DNA of 64,000 bases. Source: Lama guanicoe. Taxonomy: Eukaryota. Location: contig MU053557.1 of the NCBI GenBank assembly GCA_013239625.1, positions 2,324,123 through 2,388,122 of the forward strand. Reading direction: 5' to 3'. Below the pieces are notes generated by a model. The model worked only from the letters and a program-made list of their open reading frames with translations. It did no database searches and was not told the DNA's origin. Each line of letters begins with the position of its first letter. Position 1 is the first letter of the stretch. Positions 26,653 through 41,400 of the stretch are shown piece after piece. The position numbers were made by a program, and so were the translations under genes.

Positions 26653-28459
26653 ATTTTTTTTTTTTTTTTTTTGTTGGCTTGAGGAAATTGAGACTTAAAG
26701 AGGTTAGGTCATGTACCCAAGGTCACATGACTATTATAGGGATGATGGTATTGAAACCCATTAGCCATTTACTGGACCTAGGAAGTCTACCCTTAGTAAT
26801 TCAAACTTCTAATCTTCCTTATGCACAACTCTAGGGCTCACCTAGCATGAGATGAATTGTTATGTGTCTTTTCTTACCCATTGTTTTATAAGCATTTTGG
26901 ACTCAGGGACCATGTCCTCCTTATCTTTGTGTCTTTCCTGGATCTTGCTCAGAACATGTGCTCAGTAAAGGCTTGTTAAATAGACTGTCGGCCAGATCTC
27001 ACCCAAAATATATAACAGATCTGTCCACTTCTCACCAACACCACTGCAACTCCAGTTTAAGCTGCGAAGCTCCTCCCTGGAGAACAATCAACTGGCTTCC
27101 AACTGTCCCTGCATCTATCCTTGGTCACTTCAAATTCCACACTGCAGCTGCGGTGATCTTTTAATACCACTTGTAACAGGGATAATCATTTGAAAATAGT
27201 AAACAAATATGCCATTCTTTTCCCATAAAGAAGAGTCTCAAACAGCTGATCTGCCCCTGCAGATTCTGGTAAGAGTGAACGGTGATGTCACTTCTGGAGG
27301 AGGGAAAAAGTGACACAGGGAGTCCACACCTAAGGAAGAAGCGGGAAGCCAAGTCCTTTTACCCCAGGGGGCTGGGGGTAAGCTGAGAGGGCAGAGATGG
27401 TGAAGCACATGTGCCCAATCTCCCGTTAGGTGGACGGATGAGGTGGAGCTGTTTGTAAAGCTCACCGACCATGGTAAAGCTGAGGACTGCCGGTCTGACC
27501 CCCAAGCCCAGGGCTGAATTGGAGAGAAGGGGAGGCTGCAAGTCTGCAGCACCAGCAAGAACAAAACTGGGGGCAGTCGACTGGGCTGGGGTGTTGGGAG
27601 GTTGAGAACACCACTAGGGCTGAAGCAGGCACGCTCCACCAGTCACAGGGTGTCTGCAGCAGGGAGGTCACAAGAGGAGAGGAGGCTGGAATGGACCCCC
27701 AGACTCTTGCAAGGACCCACATTAGGTCCAAGGCCCTCCCCTGGAGTAAGCTTCCATACTCCAGAGGCCATCCTGGGGAGGGAAAGGGCCAGATCCTCCT
27801 GGCATTTTCTGAGTCCGAGATACAATGAATATTAAAAAGCCAGATTTCTGCCAGAGTTAGGAAATGTTTAGAATTGGATCCACACGAGGAAATAGAGACT
27901 ACATTTCCTTTGCACATCTGAATGCAGGTGAGTTAAACCTAAGCCCCTTCCCTACAAGGTTCGGCATCATCTGGGCCAAGTCAAACTCCCCCAGCTCCCG
28001 TCTGGCCTGGCATCAGGGCTGAGAGCACGCGCACCTCGCCCTGCTCAGGGGGCCTTGTGTCTGCTGTCTGCCCTCCCTGGAACCGCCTCGCCCTGCATTC
28101 TTACACCTGGCTTCTTCCCTCTCTTCAGGTCTCAGCTTCCAAGTCGCTCACTCAGAAAAGCCTTCTGTGACTCCCTTACCCCACAGAGGTGCCTCTCCCC
28201 TTTGTCTGTTATCCTCTTTCCCTCGTGCTCTATTTCCTTCGGAGCAGTGGTCACAATTTGGCATTATTTTTTGTGTGTATTCATTTATCTGTTCACTGTC
28301 TGACTCCTTATTTAGACTCTAAGCTCCCTGAGGACTAGTTTACTAATAAGTGTCTGTTGAAGGGGGCGAGGGAAGAAGGGAGGCAGGGAGGGAGATATCA
28401 CCGACATGAACAGAACTGCTTAGTCATTCTCATGGTCTCAAAAACTGTTCCCTGAGCAG

Positions 28460-28944
28460 TGTAGCAGATGCAGTTGGTACCCAGCTTGGTAAAGGCATCC
28501 TGCACACCCATCCCCAGGTGCGCAGATGTTGGCTGCCACCGGCTCACATACTTGAATTCTTCTAGAAAGGGCTATCCATGCTTGCAGAGAGCCTTTTTGC
28601 GGGAGATGCCTGGGAGTTTACATCCCACTCTAAGGATGGGAATGGCATGGTATTTGGCTGACTGAGGTGCGGAGCATAACAGTCCAGTCCCTTTACCTAC
28701 GTGGGACAACCTCAGAGACGCAGTTTCTCCTGCTGAGTTACCAGTGGGATTGGAACAAAGCCAGTCTTTTCCTAAACCCCATCTTTGCCCAGGTCCCTCC
28801 CCTGCCCTCTCCTCCTTCTCGCCCTTTCTCTGCTCTCTCTCCCCCAACCCAATACATGTTTCTTCTGAGGGTGGTTCTTTAATACATCACTTACACAGGA
28901 ATCACCATCTTGACCTCTTCGTCTAGAGAACCTGAACTAAGACA
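28460..28944 (+). mobile_element. LTR16-like (ERVL) solo LTR
   Basis: Begins TGTAGCAGATGC, ends TCTAGAGAACCTGAACTAAGACA. Confidence 0.75.
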
Positions 28945-31900
28945 AGCCTCTTTCATGGACACTGAGCTGGGCATGGGAGATGGAAGAGGAGGGACAGATA
29001 AAAGGACACAGGCTACCACTGAGACTGGTCCCACAGCAGTGTCACCGTCCTCTTCTCTGTCCTTCCCACCCTGATTCAGCCCTGCAGATGCCATGGACGT
29101 GCCACTCAGAATGCCATCAATTATTGAAGAAGCTCTGAAAGGAGGGATTGTAAACGAAGATGAAAGATTCCAATGGAAGACAGACAGGTCCCACTGCTTG
29201 GGGAGGACCTCAGCTATCATGTCTGGGAAAAAAGCATTTTAGTTTCCTGCCACGAGAACGCTCCAAATGCTTTGGAGGCTGAAGATGCCATTCTGACAAA
29301 GACAGGAGCGCACGGGCGGGGCTGATGGGCCTTTTTCATCTCCCCCCTCTTTTGCTGATCAAGAGGCAGGCGCTGTAAATCTGATAGCAAGGGCTGAGAC
29401 GTTGCAATCCTCTTTTCATCTCCCCTCTTGATTTTTGGAGACACGAAGGAGTGGGAAGCCAGCCAGTTCCTGACTGTCAGGATGGTGGCAGTCTTGGAAG
29501 GGGAGGGACCGGACCTGGAGAGTCTCACCCCGTCCTCCTTGGAAAAATAGAAATGCTTGTGTAAGGTGTGACATAGTTGTTCCTTCCCAACCGTCCTCAG
29601 AGTTATGTCAGGTACTTGTAAACCAAGGGAAAAGGTGAGTGAATTAAGGTCAAGAGTAAAATCAAAGCAGAAACACTTTAAAAGGGGTATTTGAATGAAG
29701 TGTTTTCATCTGAAGTAATCCCCTCACCCATCTCTTTTGCACACCTAAATGTCAAACAACAACTACAAATGTTTATGAAGAATTTAACAAGGATGCTGAC
29801 ACTGAACTAAGCATTGAAATAAATCTCAGCCCTACCAAACCGAGAAGTGCTCAGCGTTTGCTTCAAACCAGCCGGGGGGACCCAGTCATGCCCAAGACGC
29901 GCCCCTTCCAACCGCTGTATGGGCAGGAGTCCAGATGTACGACTCAGGCTTGACTGGGAAGCTGGGGAGACCGCAAGCTCTTTGAGAACAGGGGGCTTTG
30001 GCTGTCTCACTCCCCTGTGTATCCCCAGTGTTCAGAACGGTGGCTGGGACCTAGAAGGTGCTCATCAGATGTCTGGGGAATGAAAGAAGAAACAGGCAAG
30101 ATAAACCTTTGGATTCCTTGACCACCCAGTTCTTTTCCTCATGAGAAATTTTCTTGGGCAAGATATCTTGAACTTTGTGAGCTTTGGTTTCTTCTATTAT
30201 AAAGTGAGAGAAAATAATGTCTGCCTCCTAGGCTCAAGGTGAGGTTTGAACAAGCTGTGCCGCCCGTAGCACAGAGGATGGCACAGGGTAGACGACAGTG
30301 AAGGGCAGTTACTGCCATTAGCAAGCCTTGTACATTTCACGTGATGACCGGACAATCACAGGATGTGATGGAGTAAACACTGAATGCAGAGGAGATCTGT
30401 GAATGAGCCAAGTAAGACAGGGCAGTGACATCCCATTTTCCCTCACCAAATACTGAGAAAAGCGCCAAGGGAGGAAAAAAAAAAAAGGTCATTCTTAGTT
30501 GTCAAGAAGCCTAAAATAGCAATTTTGAAATAAAGGAGGCAGTAATGGGTTACAAAATCCAACGTGTCTGTTCACATCTATTTCAATAGACTCAAAATTA
30601 AATGATCATAAAAAGGTCTTTGAGAAATACCATTAAGGGAAGAAAGCTAGTTATCTAATTATGTACTGTGTGAATTATATCAAATTCACATCCAAATTTA
30701 ATATAAATGCATTCATTTATAATAAAATCCTAATGATGATTTGAAAGCATCCTATTCAGCTTTGATTTTAAAGTGAAATACTTATTCCCTCACACGGATT
30801 TGATGTGATATGTCCAAGAGAGCCTATGAATATTCATAGCCAGTATATGAACTGCATGTCCATATTCATATAATACACTTCTTACCCAAGCTGAAAGATG
30901 CACCCTTTTTCCTCTGGAAAGAAAATCATGAAAGTGGAGTTGAAAATGGAAAAGCCAACAGTCCCTTAAAGAAAAGTTGCGGCATCCGGAGGGGCTGCCA
31001 GCCTAGTAAATTGTTTGTTTAACTGGTTTGGGATGATGAGGTTGACAAGCCAACACGAAGCTTAAAAAGGAAATCTGCCAAGGTGGCCAGTATGCCTGGG
31101 GCTCAGGCTGCCTCTGGTGCCTCCATCAGGCACGCTGAAATCCTCAGAAGCCCCACGTGCTCTGCTGGAAGCAAAGGCACAATTCACTGACCGTGTCAGT
31201 CGGAGATCTCGCCTGCCCCCTTCCAACCGCAGGCAATCCTGATCTCGGGGCCTGGGAGGTTCTTTGGTACTTTGTGCTGCACCTGGCTACTCCATCTCTC
31301 AGAGGACTGCCAGGTGGAGACATCTCACAGGAGAGGTTGGGGTCCTGAGCCAGGAGGGGCACATACATAGGGGGACTTCATCTTAGTCACTAGATGTGGT
31401 CCTTGGAATAACTGGTGTGGTAAAAAGGTCTTTCTAACATGACTACCGTGGTCCATGTGCCATACGGGAAGAGACCGCTACGGCAAATTCTACCGTAAAA
31501 TGAGGAGTGCTTTTGGAAAGCTGCTTTCTCTTCTACGATTATGGGGTGGAGTCTGGCGCACAGGAGCTATCCGCAAGTACCAGGGAGTGGCTTAGCCACG
31601 AAGGGCCTGCTCTCTAGAGCCACCCATTCTGTGTTTGAGTTCGTGTTCTATCACTGAGTTGAGAAGGGCTATTTACTCTAGTTAAGCCTCTGAAACAGAG
31701 GAATCTTCATCTCTCAAATGGAGGTAATAATATCTGCCCTGTAAAGGAACAGAGAGAATGAAATAAACATGGGCATAGGGCCTCAGGAAGTCCTCACCAA
31801 GTGTCAGCACTCATTACAGCTGATGCTACTTGAAGTGGGAGGCTCACCCACAGGGTCCAGCTGAGTCGAGGCTGTGACCAGTACAGGACTGAAGAGAGAG

Positions 31901-32333
31901 GACCTCCCGGCAGATTTGACTGCTCTTTCCCTGTACCGTGACCTTTGCTTGAACCTCCGTGAAAGCTCCGATTCCACTCTCTCCTTGTTGTGTGCATGCC
32001 TGACTTCTCCTCTAAACTGACGCTCTTAGAAGGTCATCTGAGACGTTGCATCCCAAGGGCCAGCACAGCGCTGGGCACAAACTAAGTGTGGAACTGGTTG
32101 AATTCAAGTTACGGTTTTAAATATCTCCAAACGTGGCTTTGGGTAGCAAGAAAAGGGGAAAGAAAACCTTGAAGGTTAGGATTCTTTTATATGTAAGTGC
32201 AGAAAACCCAGTCTCAATGGGCTTAAACACAGGTAACTGCAAAGTCCAGGAGTTGAGTTGGCTCAAATGATGCCACCAGGAACTGACTTCTTTTCCTCTG
32301 TTTCTTGGCACTGTTTTCTCTAACTGTCTCCCA

Positions 32334-33450
32334 TTTTTTTTCAGTTGAAGTATAGTTGATTTAGTTTCTGGTGTACAGCATAGTGATTCAGTTATATATA
32401 TATATATTCTTTTTCACATTCTTTTCCATTACAGGCTATTACAAGATATTAAGTTCAGTTCTCTGTGCTATATAGTAGGACCTTATTGTTTATCTATTTT
32501 ATATATAGTAGTTTGCAACTGCTAATCCCAAACTCCTAATTTATCTCTCCCCTCCTTTCTCCTTTGGCAACCATAAGTTTGTTTTCTGTCTGTGAGTCTG
32601 TTTCTATTCTGTAAATAAGTTCATTTGAGTCATTTTTTAAGATTCCACATATCAGTGATATCATGTGATATTGGTCTTTCTCTGTCTGACTTGTCTTAGT
32701 ATGATAATCTCTAGGTCCTTCCATATTGCTGCAAATGCATTATTTTATTATTTTTTATGACTGAGTAGTATTCCATTGTATAGATACACCACATTTTCTT
32801 TATCCAATCATCTGTTGATGGGCATTTAGGTTGCTTCCATGTCTTGACTATTATATATAGTGCTGCTTTGAAAATTTGGGTGCCTGTATCCTTTTGAATT
32901 AGAGTTTCCTCCAGATATATGCCCAGGAATGGGATTGATGAAGTATATGGTAACTCTATTTTCAGTTTTTTAAGGAATCTCCATCTGTTTTCCACAGCGG
33001 CTGCACCAAACTACATACACAAACTACATTCGACAATGTAGGAGGGTTCCCTTTTCTCCACATCTTCTCCAGCGTTTATCGTTTACAGCTTTGTAAATGG
33101 CAGCCATTCTGACTGGTGTGAGGTGAGGTGACCTAAATGTACTTTTGATTTGCATTTCTTTAATAATCAGCAATATGAAGCATCTTTTCATGTGCATATT
33201 GGCCATCTGTATGTTTTCACTGGAGAACTGTCTGTTTAGGTCTTCTGCCCATTTTTTGATTGGGTTGCTTGTTTTTTTGGTTATTGGATTATATGAGCTG
33301 TATGTATGTTCTGGAAGTTAAGCCCTTGTCAGTTGCATTATTTGCAAATACTTTTTTCCCAGTTTGTGGGTTATCTTTTTGTTTTGTTTCTGGTTTCCTT
33401 TGCTGTGCAAAAGCTTATAAATTTAATTAGGTCCCATTTGTTTATTTTTG
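32334..33450 (-). mobile_element. 5'-truncated L1 (~1.1 kb) inserted in an older MLT1-type LTR
   Basis: Minus-strand ORF2 peptides ([22 protein letters not shown]); poly-T at the left end; TSD CTGTCTCC(C)AT at 32324 and 33451. Confidence 0.92.
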
Positions 33451-33757
33451 CTGTCTCCATATCAGACAGGTGCTTTGCCTCTAGCTAGCAAAATGGCTGC
33501 AGAGTTCCAGGTCTAAAACTCCCAGTTTCTAATCCAGTAGGGGAAAAAAAAATCAAAAGTTTTTGTCCTAGCAAAAGACTTGCTGCAACTTTGATGTGGT
33601 CCTATGTCCACCTCTGAGACAGTCGTGATGTGACAGGTTGACTGGCTTAGACAGGAGCTGTATATTCCTCCCTGAGCCGACAATGAGATCAACTCCTCTT
33701 TAATCATGAATTGAGACTGGTTGGGCTGGGCTCTCAGGGTTGACACTTGTTTTAAAA

Positions 33758-34336
33758 TGTACCTGGGATTTTGTTTTTATTCAGATATGGACAGGCCTAT
33801 GCTTCAGGAGACAGTTACCATAGAAAAAGTAGTTTGTGACCCAGAGTTCCCAAGAGGAGGGGGCATGCCACACCCAGCAGTGCACGTGGAGCGGGGATGC
33901 AGGCTAGGGGGTGGGAAGCACCAGGAGGCAGAAGGATCAAGGGGAAAGCTGGGGGGGAAGCTTTATTGTGGTTTTCACAGGAAGGAATGGGCTGGGAAGG
34001 GTACACAGTTGAGCAGGTTTAGGATTGGCTAGTTTGAGTAATCTGAATAATTTGGGTGGGCTCTGGACTACAGGGGTGGTCCCTAGTTTTTGGTACATAG
34101 CCCTGGGTGATTTAGGGTAGAGGATGGTGTCCTGGAAGGCAGGAGCCTAATAAAAGAAGGTAGATGGTGGACTCAGGATTGATTGGCTCACATATTAAAT
34201 ATGCACTCACTGGCAAATTGTTTGCTATTTCTAGGAATTAGCTACCCCTGGGAGAGGCAGTTCCTCCTTCGGTCCACAAGGTCTCAAGATGTCAAAGCAT
34301 CATAAAATATAGAAAATTAAAGACATGATTAATACA
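33758..34336 (-). mobile_element. ERVL-class solo LTR (MER74-like)
   Basis: Right end GATGTCAAAGCATCA...ACATGATTAATACA is the reverse of a recalled ERVL LTR 5' terminus; subfamily uncertain. Confidence 0.65.
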
Positions 34337-37300
34337 GAACTGGAGGATAAAAAGCCACAGGTATGTACTACAAAGACCAAAGTCTAACACAGCCATTGAT
34401 TCAGTAATTAGAATTTTTAAAATTCGTCACAATATCCCCATTAGATAGATTATCATCTCATTTTGCAGCTGGGGAAGCTGAGGTTTTAAGAAGAGGTGGA
34501 GTGATTTGCCTGAGGATTTAGAATTAGCAGGTGGCCAGGCCAGGGCTCGAAACCAAGTTCAATTCTCTTTGCACTTCACTGGTACTTTCCAAATCGTGGG
34601 ACCGCTGCCAGTGGCATGCAGACAGAGCATCAGTGTACATGACCTCACGTGGTGAGTTTATTTCCATTCCAGTTCTCCATCAATCCCTCTGCTTCTGCCA
34701 AGGGCAACGTCTTCTGTGCTGATTTACCTTCCCCACCTTTCACTTGCTAATCTCTCTCTTTTGAAACCAAGATAGTATAGGACTCCATCTCAGAACCTTT
34801 GGCAGGTAAATTCAATCTAGGATCTAATAACATTGGCTTGCCCTTTGAAATACATTTATTTTTGAAGTTAAGAAAGTGTTGACTTAAAACAAATGCTAAA
34901 TAAATAATATGTGGGTGGTTTGTGGAGGTGTGCAAGTCATGAAAACAATACCCAAATTACTGCAATCTGGGAACACCGCAGAGACCAAGCAGTTAGGAAG
35001 AGACACCTGGAAGGAATTAGAGGGTTTCTGTCACTTTTTTCTTTTCCGGGGAGGAAGATGGCTGCATCAGATCCTGCTCCCTGTAGAACACATGGTCGTG
35101 AGCTTGTAAGACAGTGGTTCTCAAGTCCGGGTCCACAGACTGATGCTAACCCAAGATGCTGTTTTCAAATCCTTCGTGAGAAGACGACAGAGGACAATGT
35201 GTTTGTCAGTGCCAGAAGGCCAGTTGTTCTTTCCTAGGTAAGCCGGCACTTTATTCTGGATTTATGTTCTTCTTGTTTTAGTATGAGTGCATGTGTGTTA
35301 AAATGTTCATTCTTCAGGGATTGCTTGATGAGAGTAGCTGACCATTGTTTCTTGTGATTGTTCCAATATCTTTACTTGGCAAAATAAAAAGCTGGCAACC
35401 TTATCTTAACCATCCCCTCCTCTATGTTTTCCTAAATGTCACTGAAGCTCTGTTCTAGGAGACTTCAATTGCAGGAAACAGCTTGCCTTCTATTGTTAGA
35501 GGAAAAAGGTATTGATAGACCCAGCATTAAAATTGTGGTTACTAGCAATGCAGAACAGCAAGCCATAAATCCTTATTGAACCCAGGCGCTGCTGTTTATC
35601 ATTGAAGAGATCCTTCTTTCTCTCCAGTGTAACTAAATAAAGGTGGGAGATGAGCGAAATAAGATAGCTGGTAAAGAGGGAAAAAGTTCAAGTTTCAAGG
35701 AGGCTGTTACGAAAACAGACAAATATACAGATAAACCAACCCCCAAACTGCTAGACCGATTGGTAGCTCTCAGTGACCTTACAGACCGTCTCACTTGAGA
35801 TGGGCCAGCCAGTAGCCCGTTAAAAATGACAGCTCCGCCCCTCTGTCATACTCCGATGATGGAAACACAAACTGGTGTATCAGGCTAACTCCTTGACCTA
35901 GCTATTCCTTTCCCCCTCATTGGTCAGAAAATATCATAATTGGGCACAAATAACTATGAGGATGCTTATCAAAAACATCACTTACAATAGTGAAAACTAG
36001 ATGCGACTTAAATACACAATCCCAAAAGATTGGTTGGGTAAACCGTGGCACACTGACTAGAAAAGTGTGTAAATATATAAACATATGCCGTAGAAAAACA
36101 CAAAATGTTGTCTAAAGGTGTTAAGAATGTACTGTTAAATGAGTAAAGCAAAAGAGTGAAATAGGCACATAGGCATTGGATACAGGATGATTTAATTATT
36201 ATTTAAAAGACTGGTATGATACATCTTGATTGGCAGCATTATAGGCGAGTTCTCATTTCTTCTTTTATGTAAAGATATTTTCTAAAAATGTCCACAGTGA
36301 AAATGTACTACTTTTACTTTAAGGGGAAAAAAAAAGGTAATTTCTTTAAATCGGGTCCCATTTAACCTGTTTAAATGGGTCAACAATCATACGCCTAAGC
36401 TGAGAGGTGTGTGTTTGTGGACCTGCCTTTTGCAGTGCTGACGTGCTTCCCCTAGAACCAAAGGGAGACACTAAACCTCTCTGCAAACTCTTTGTAGATT
36501 CCCATCTGTGACTTGATAAATATTTGATGCAGTGGCCAGTCAACATCCCTACATTAGTGAAACTTCTGCCCAGGAGCAACTGCACAGCTCTCAGCGATGA
36601 GATCGGAGTAAGTTAAAAAGAGTGTATTCATTAGCTACTTCAAAGGGTTTGGTTTTTTTCGCTGGCAATTTCGCAGACTGAATTATTGGCTCTGCTGTCT
36701 ACTGTGCAACGACCAAAACACATACTACTGCAAGGAGGAGCCTGCTTCTTCCCCTAACAATATTTTCTTTCCTTTGTGTTCACAGCCCAGGAGGCAAATT
36801 CAGTATGACTCACCCCCCTCCCTTCCTCTTGGTTAAACAGCTGTGAGTATCTCAAATGAGTTTAGGATCTGCCCAGTAACTTTGATGCCCCAAACCTGGA
36901 ATCCAGTCCCCCATCTGATGTAGTTTGTAAATATGGGATGGACCACTTACTTATTCTCTAAACACCTTCATGGTTACAATTGGTAATGAAAAAGTCAGCA
37001 CCTTTGTCCCTAAACAGCCTGAGTTGACAAGCAGAATGGGTGAACAAAACGTAGCAGGGCAGAGGAGGGACTTGAAACTAGCTGAAATTAATTGCAACTA
37101 CAGGGGCTTCCAGAAGGACCTGGGCAAACCCCTACTTATTCCGCAAACCTCAGTTTAGATGTCACCTCTTCCTGGAAGCCTACCAGGATCCATCTCTACT
37201 GTTTCAGTCTTGATGTCTCTCCCCTGAGCTTCCATAATTATGGTGCTACTCCTGCAAGAGCCCCTGGGCTGTATTATAGTTTCCTTCTGGTTAATAGTTC

Positions 37301-38483
37301 TCCATAGCCCACTGAGTTTCAAGAAGATTGTCCCGTCCACTACTGCCTAGCATACTATCTGGCACTTTAAAAAGTGCTGAATAAATAGTTACTGAATTGA
37401 ATACATTTGTCAGGAAATTACTGCTGCAGAGAACATAGAAATTTGCAGGATCATAGGGCGTCACATTTGAAAGTTTCTTCCATTCATTGCTCTATGACCT
37501 GCCTGCCATAGCTCTCCAAGCAAGCAATTGTCTAATCTAATCTCCTTGCATACTTCTAATGACAGGGAGCTCACCTCCTTCAAAATAGTTGGAGGTAGAA
37601 TTTGAGTAACTTAAGAAGGTGAATAAAATAGAAGAGGAACATGGTGGGTCCTGAGCTAGACTGGGGAGTAGTTAATCCAGCTAGGGTCAGGTAAACCCTA
37701 TCCAAATGCCCACAGATAGCAGTTTAAGGCTCTGCTTTTCAAGCCAAAGGACTAGATGGTATGCCAAGGAGTTCTTGAACTCAGAGGAACATAGAATGTT
37801 TTCTGAAGCATCATTTTTACTTGAAGATCTGGAGGGAAATGTTTTTATATTACTATATATATATGTATACGTATATGGTATGGAGAAAAATACATGCATG
37901 ATTTTAAAGAGCTAGCACAAGACTTGGAAGAAATTGATCATAATCTCTTGGGCTGAGCCTTCAGACTCCTGGGGGTTAAGAACTCAGTTTGGGTCTGATG
38001 GGTTACTTTGGTGGAAAAAATATGAGAATTACTACCTGCTTCACACGGTACCATCTTTTACCCTCTTGGAGTATTTGCATTTCTACTGTTTTCTTTTAGA
38101 GACTGGAAAGGTTTTAAAACTAAAAGGAATCGGTATGTAACGGTGGCATTTCAGGTAGCATGAACTGGGACAGAGCAACAGATACTTCTCAGCAGAGGCC
38201 TTGCATCTTTAAAGCCCATTCCCGGTGCTCTGTCAGCCCTTAAGAGTCAGTCCCAGGGCGGGACGGGTATGGTCAGTGTCTGATTCAGCTTTGACAGTGT
38301 TTGGGCAGTGACTTTAAACCCCCTAAAGCCTCAGTTTCTCTAGCTGTGATATGAAATGACACTATTTACCTCATAGAGGTGTTGTGAAAAAACAAGCGCC
38401 CAGCTCAGTTCTCAGCACATAATAAGCCCTTAATAAATAATAATTCTTGTTGGTGTTGCTTATAAAATTAGCATCTGCTGAAT

Positions 38484-41400
38484 CAGACCTACCCCTACAT
38501 TTGTGGACCTGGGCAAAAATATAAATGGAGAGCCAGATGTCTAAATATTTAAAAGTTATAAACAAACTAACAACTGTTGAATACAGTAAAATATGTCCTA
38601 TCCTTCTCCCTTTGAAACAAAATCAAATATAGGTCTTTTTTTAATCCTTAAAAACTTTTTTCTTTAATTTTGTTGTGGTAAGAACACCTAAAATGAGATC
38701 TAGAGAACGAGTTCTATATGACAGTATCATCGAACTTAAAGTTGGCTGAATTTTAATTTTGTGCACAGATCTGGGAGTTCTGCTGTTTGGCTGATGTTCA
38801 GATGAGTCATAACAAAGGCATACGTAATTCATACGTGATGATACGTTTACTGCATAACATTTATTTTTTCTTATTCTCATTTTAGCAAAATCGCTCACTA
38901 TGTTGTTGTAATAGGATTTTATGTAATTTTTGTTCTTATGACACGAGTCAAATTAGTCTACCTTTCTTAAGTCATTGTGTTTTATTTTTAAATTAATTTT
39001 AGAAAACTTGCTGTTTAGCCAAGAGCAACGGCAATTGCCAACAAAGTTACTGTATTAACATTACATTTGGAAATCAACAATGGATTTTACATATAAAGTT
39101 CAAACAGTATGATGGGGTCTATGATAAACTATTATCATAGAAATATTATAAGATATTCTAATTTCATCACTTAAATCACTCTCACTTATATTGTTATTTT
39201 CACCTTCTCTAAGTGATTGATCTTTTGATTGAAATTCAAAGTTATCTTTGCAGTTCAACTTTTTACAATTGGCATAACACCAGTAAAAGGTTCATTGATT
39301 TTGACTTCCTCTGTTTTTATCTTCTGATAGTCTGACAGTATGTATGATGAATGTTTGTTGTTCAATATCATTTGTCCCAATATAATCTAGTTAAATTAGT
39401 TATTATTACTTTAAAAACTTGTACATGTAAATTCTTTTCTCACTTTTAATACTATTGTGAATTCTCTTTTTTTTATATGATTTTTAAAATTAGTTTTTAT
39501 CTATAGGTGTGGCCTATATTTATTTATAGGTGTGGCCATTCTGGCATCAAATTTGAAAGTTATTTCTTCTACTAAACTGGAAAATGTCCATTGTTTTCTG
39601 TGAATGTTATTCTACTGTTGTCACACAAAGCTTGGTGAAATATGGAACACCTATGACTATTACTTAAGAATGGCACAGCAGTTTTTTACATCAGTACTTA
39701 CTCGTTAACTGGTTTCTTTGTTGACTGCTGTGTGCTATTGTTTCAAGCTTTTTATTCAGTTCTTGTGTTTGCATATGCTGGGTTTTTTGTTTGTTTGTTT
39801 TTAGTGCAAGTAACACTTTGTGTTCTTTTAATTGATAACCTATTTCCGGTCATAAATAGTTTCCTTGGCCAAAACTGTGAAAACTGACTGTGAGATATGT
39901 AACAATAGTAACAAAATACTTGGCTTTCTACTTAAAATATATAAAAGTTTCTATAGTTTCTTTCTCCATTTGAAGAACATTTTATTTTGATATGAAATAT
40001 TCCATTTTCTGCCATGTTTACCCAATGGAAAATTCACAGCCAATAATTTGAATCAACTTATGTTTTTCCTGAAGCAGTTTCATGATTTCAGAAGGATGTG
40101 ACAGACTTTTCCCAGGATCCCTTTGCAACAAACAGTAAAGATCCAAAGTTTGCGTATTTCTCATCCAATTTGCCAGCTTTCTTGCAATTTCTTTATCTTC
40201 TGATGGGCAGGCCAGAACTGCATCTGTTTCTTCTGAATTGTGAATTTTATATGAAAAATTATATTTTTCATTTTTTCTTTTGATCAAGAAAAAAACCTTC
40301 ATCAGTAAAGAACACAAAGTAAACAGGTGTTTCATCTGAACTAGTCGAGTCGTGGATGCTAAGAATACTTTTGTTGTGTATTTTCATTGTTTTGCTCAGT
40401 AAACTAAAATACAGTAAATAAAGAATTTGTAATTCCTGTTTGTGAACCGCACGTGGGCCATATTTAGCAGAAGTCTGTCTACTTTTACTGTCTACAATTT
40501 TGAAAAATTGAAGCAGACCACATTTGACTATATTTTACTTGTATCTTTTTAGCCCTTAATTTTCTGAGCTCCACTTTCAATTTTGGGGGTTCTACCCAGT
40601 ATCAACTTGTTCTCATAATCAATGATCAATAGAATTAAAAGATAAAATGTAATCCTATTCCAAAATTTCCAAGTTTGAATATACTTCATCAAGAATATAA
40701 TTAAAGTGTTAAAATATTGACAAATTAAAAGTATTTTTCCTATTTGTTGTGTCTCAAGGAATAGGGAGCCCTTAGGAGAGAGACCTCCTCTCCTCAAATA
40801 GTTATTTTTCTTCTAAAATATCCAAAATAAGAAAAGGGAACCCTCCTACACTGTTTATGGGAATGTAGTTTGGTGCAGCCCCTATGGAAAACAGTATGGA
40901 GATTCCTTAAAAAACTAAAAATAGACATACCATATAATCCAGCAATCCCACTTCTGGGTATATACCTGGAGGGAACTCTAATTCAAAAAGATACAGGCCC
41001 CAATGCTCACAGCAGCACTATTTACAATAGCCAAGAAATGGTAGCAACCTAAATGTCCATCAACAGATGACTGGATGAAGAAGATATGGTGTATTTATAC
41101 AATGGAATACTAATAAAATAATGCCATTCTAAAGTAATAGAATAAAATAATGCCATTTGCAGCAACATGGGTGGACCTGGAGATCGTTGTACTAAGTGAA
41201 GTAAGCCAGAAAGAGAAAGAAAAATACCATATGATATCACTTACATGTGGAATCTAATAAAATAGGACAAATGAATTTATTTACAAAACAGAACAGACTC
41301 ACAGACATAGAAAACAAACTTGTGGTTGTGGGGCAGGGGAAGGAGGGGAGATGGAGAGATAAATTGGGAGTTTAGGATTTGCAGATACTAACAATTTTAT

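Noticed and set aside
32536..33206. ORFs with reverse-transcriptase-protein-like C-terminal peptides
   Set aside because: Frameshifted L1 ORF2 remnants, not host genes.
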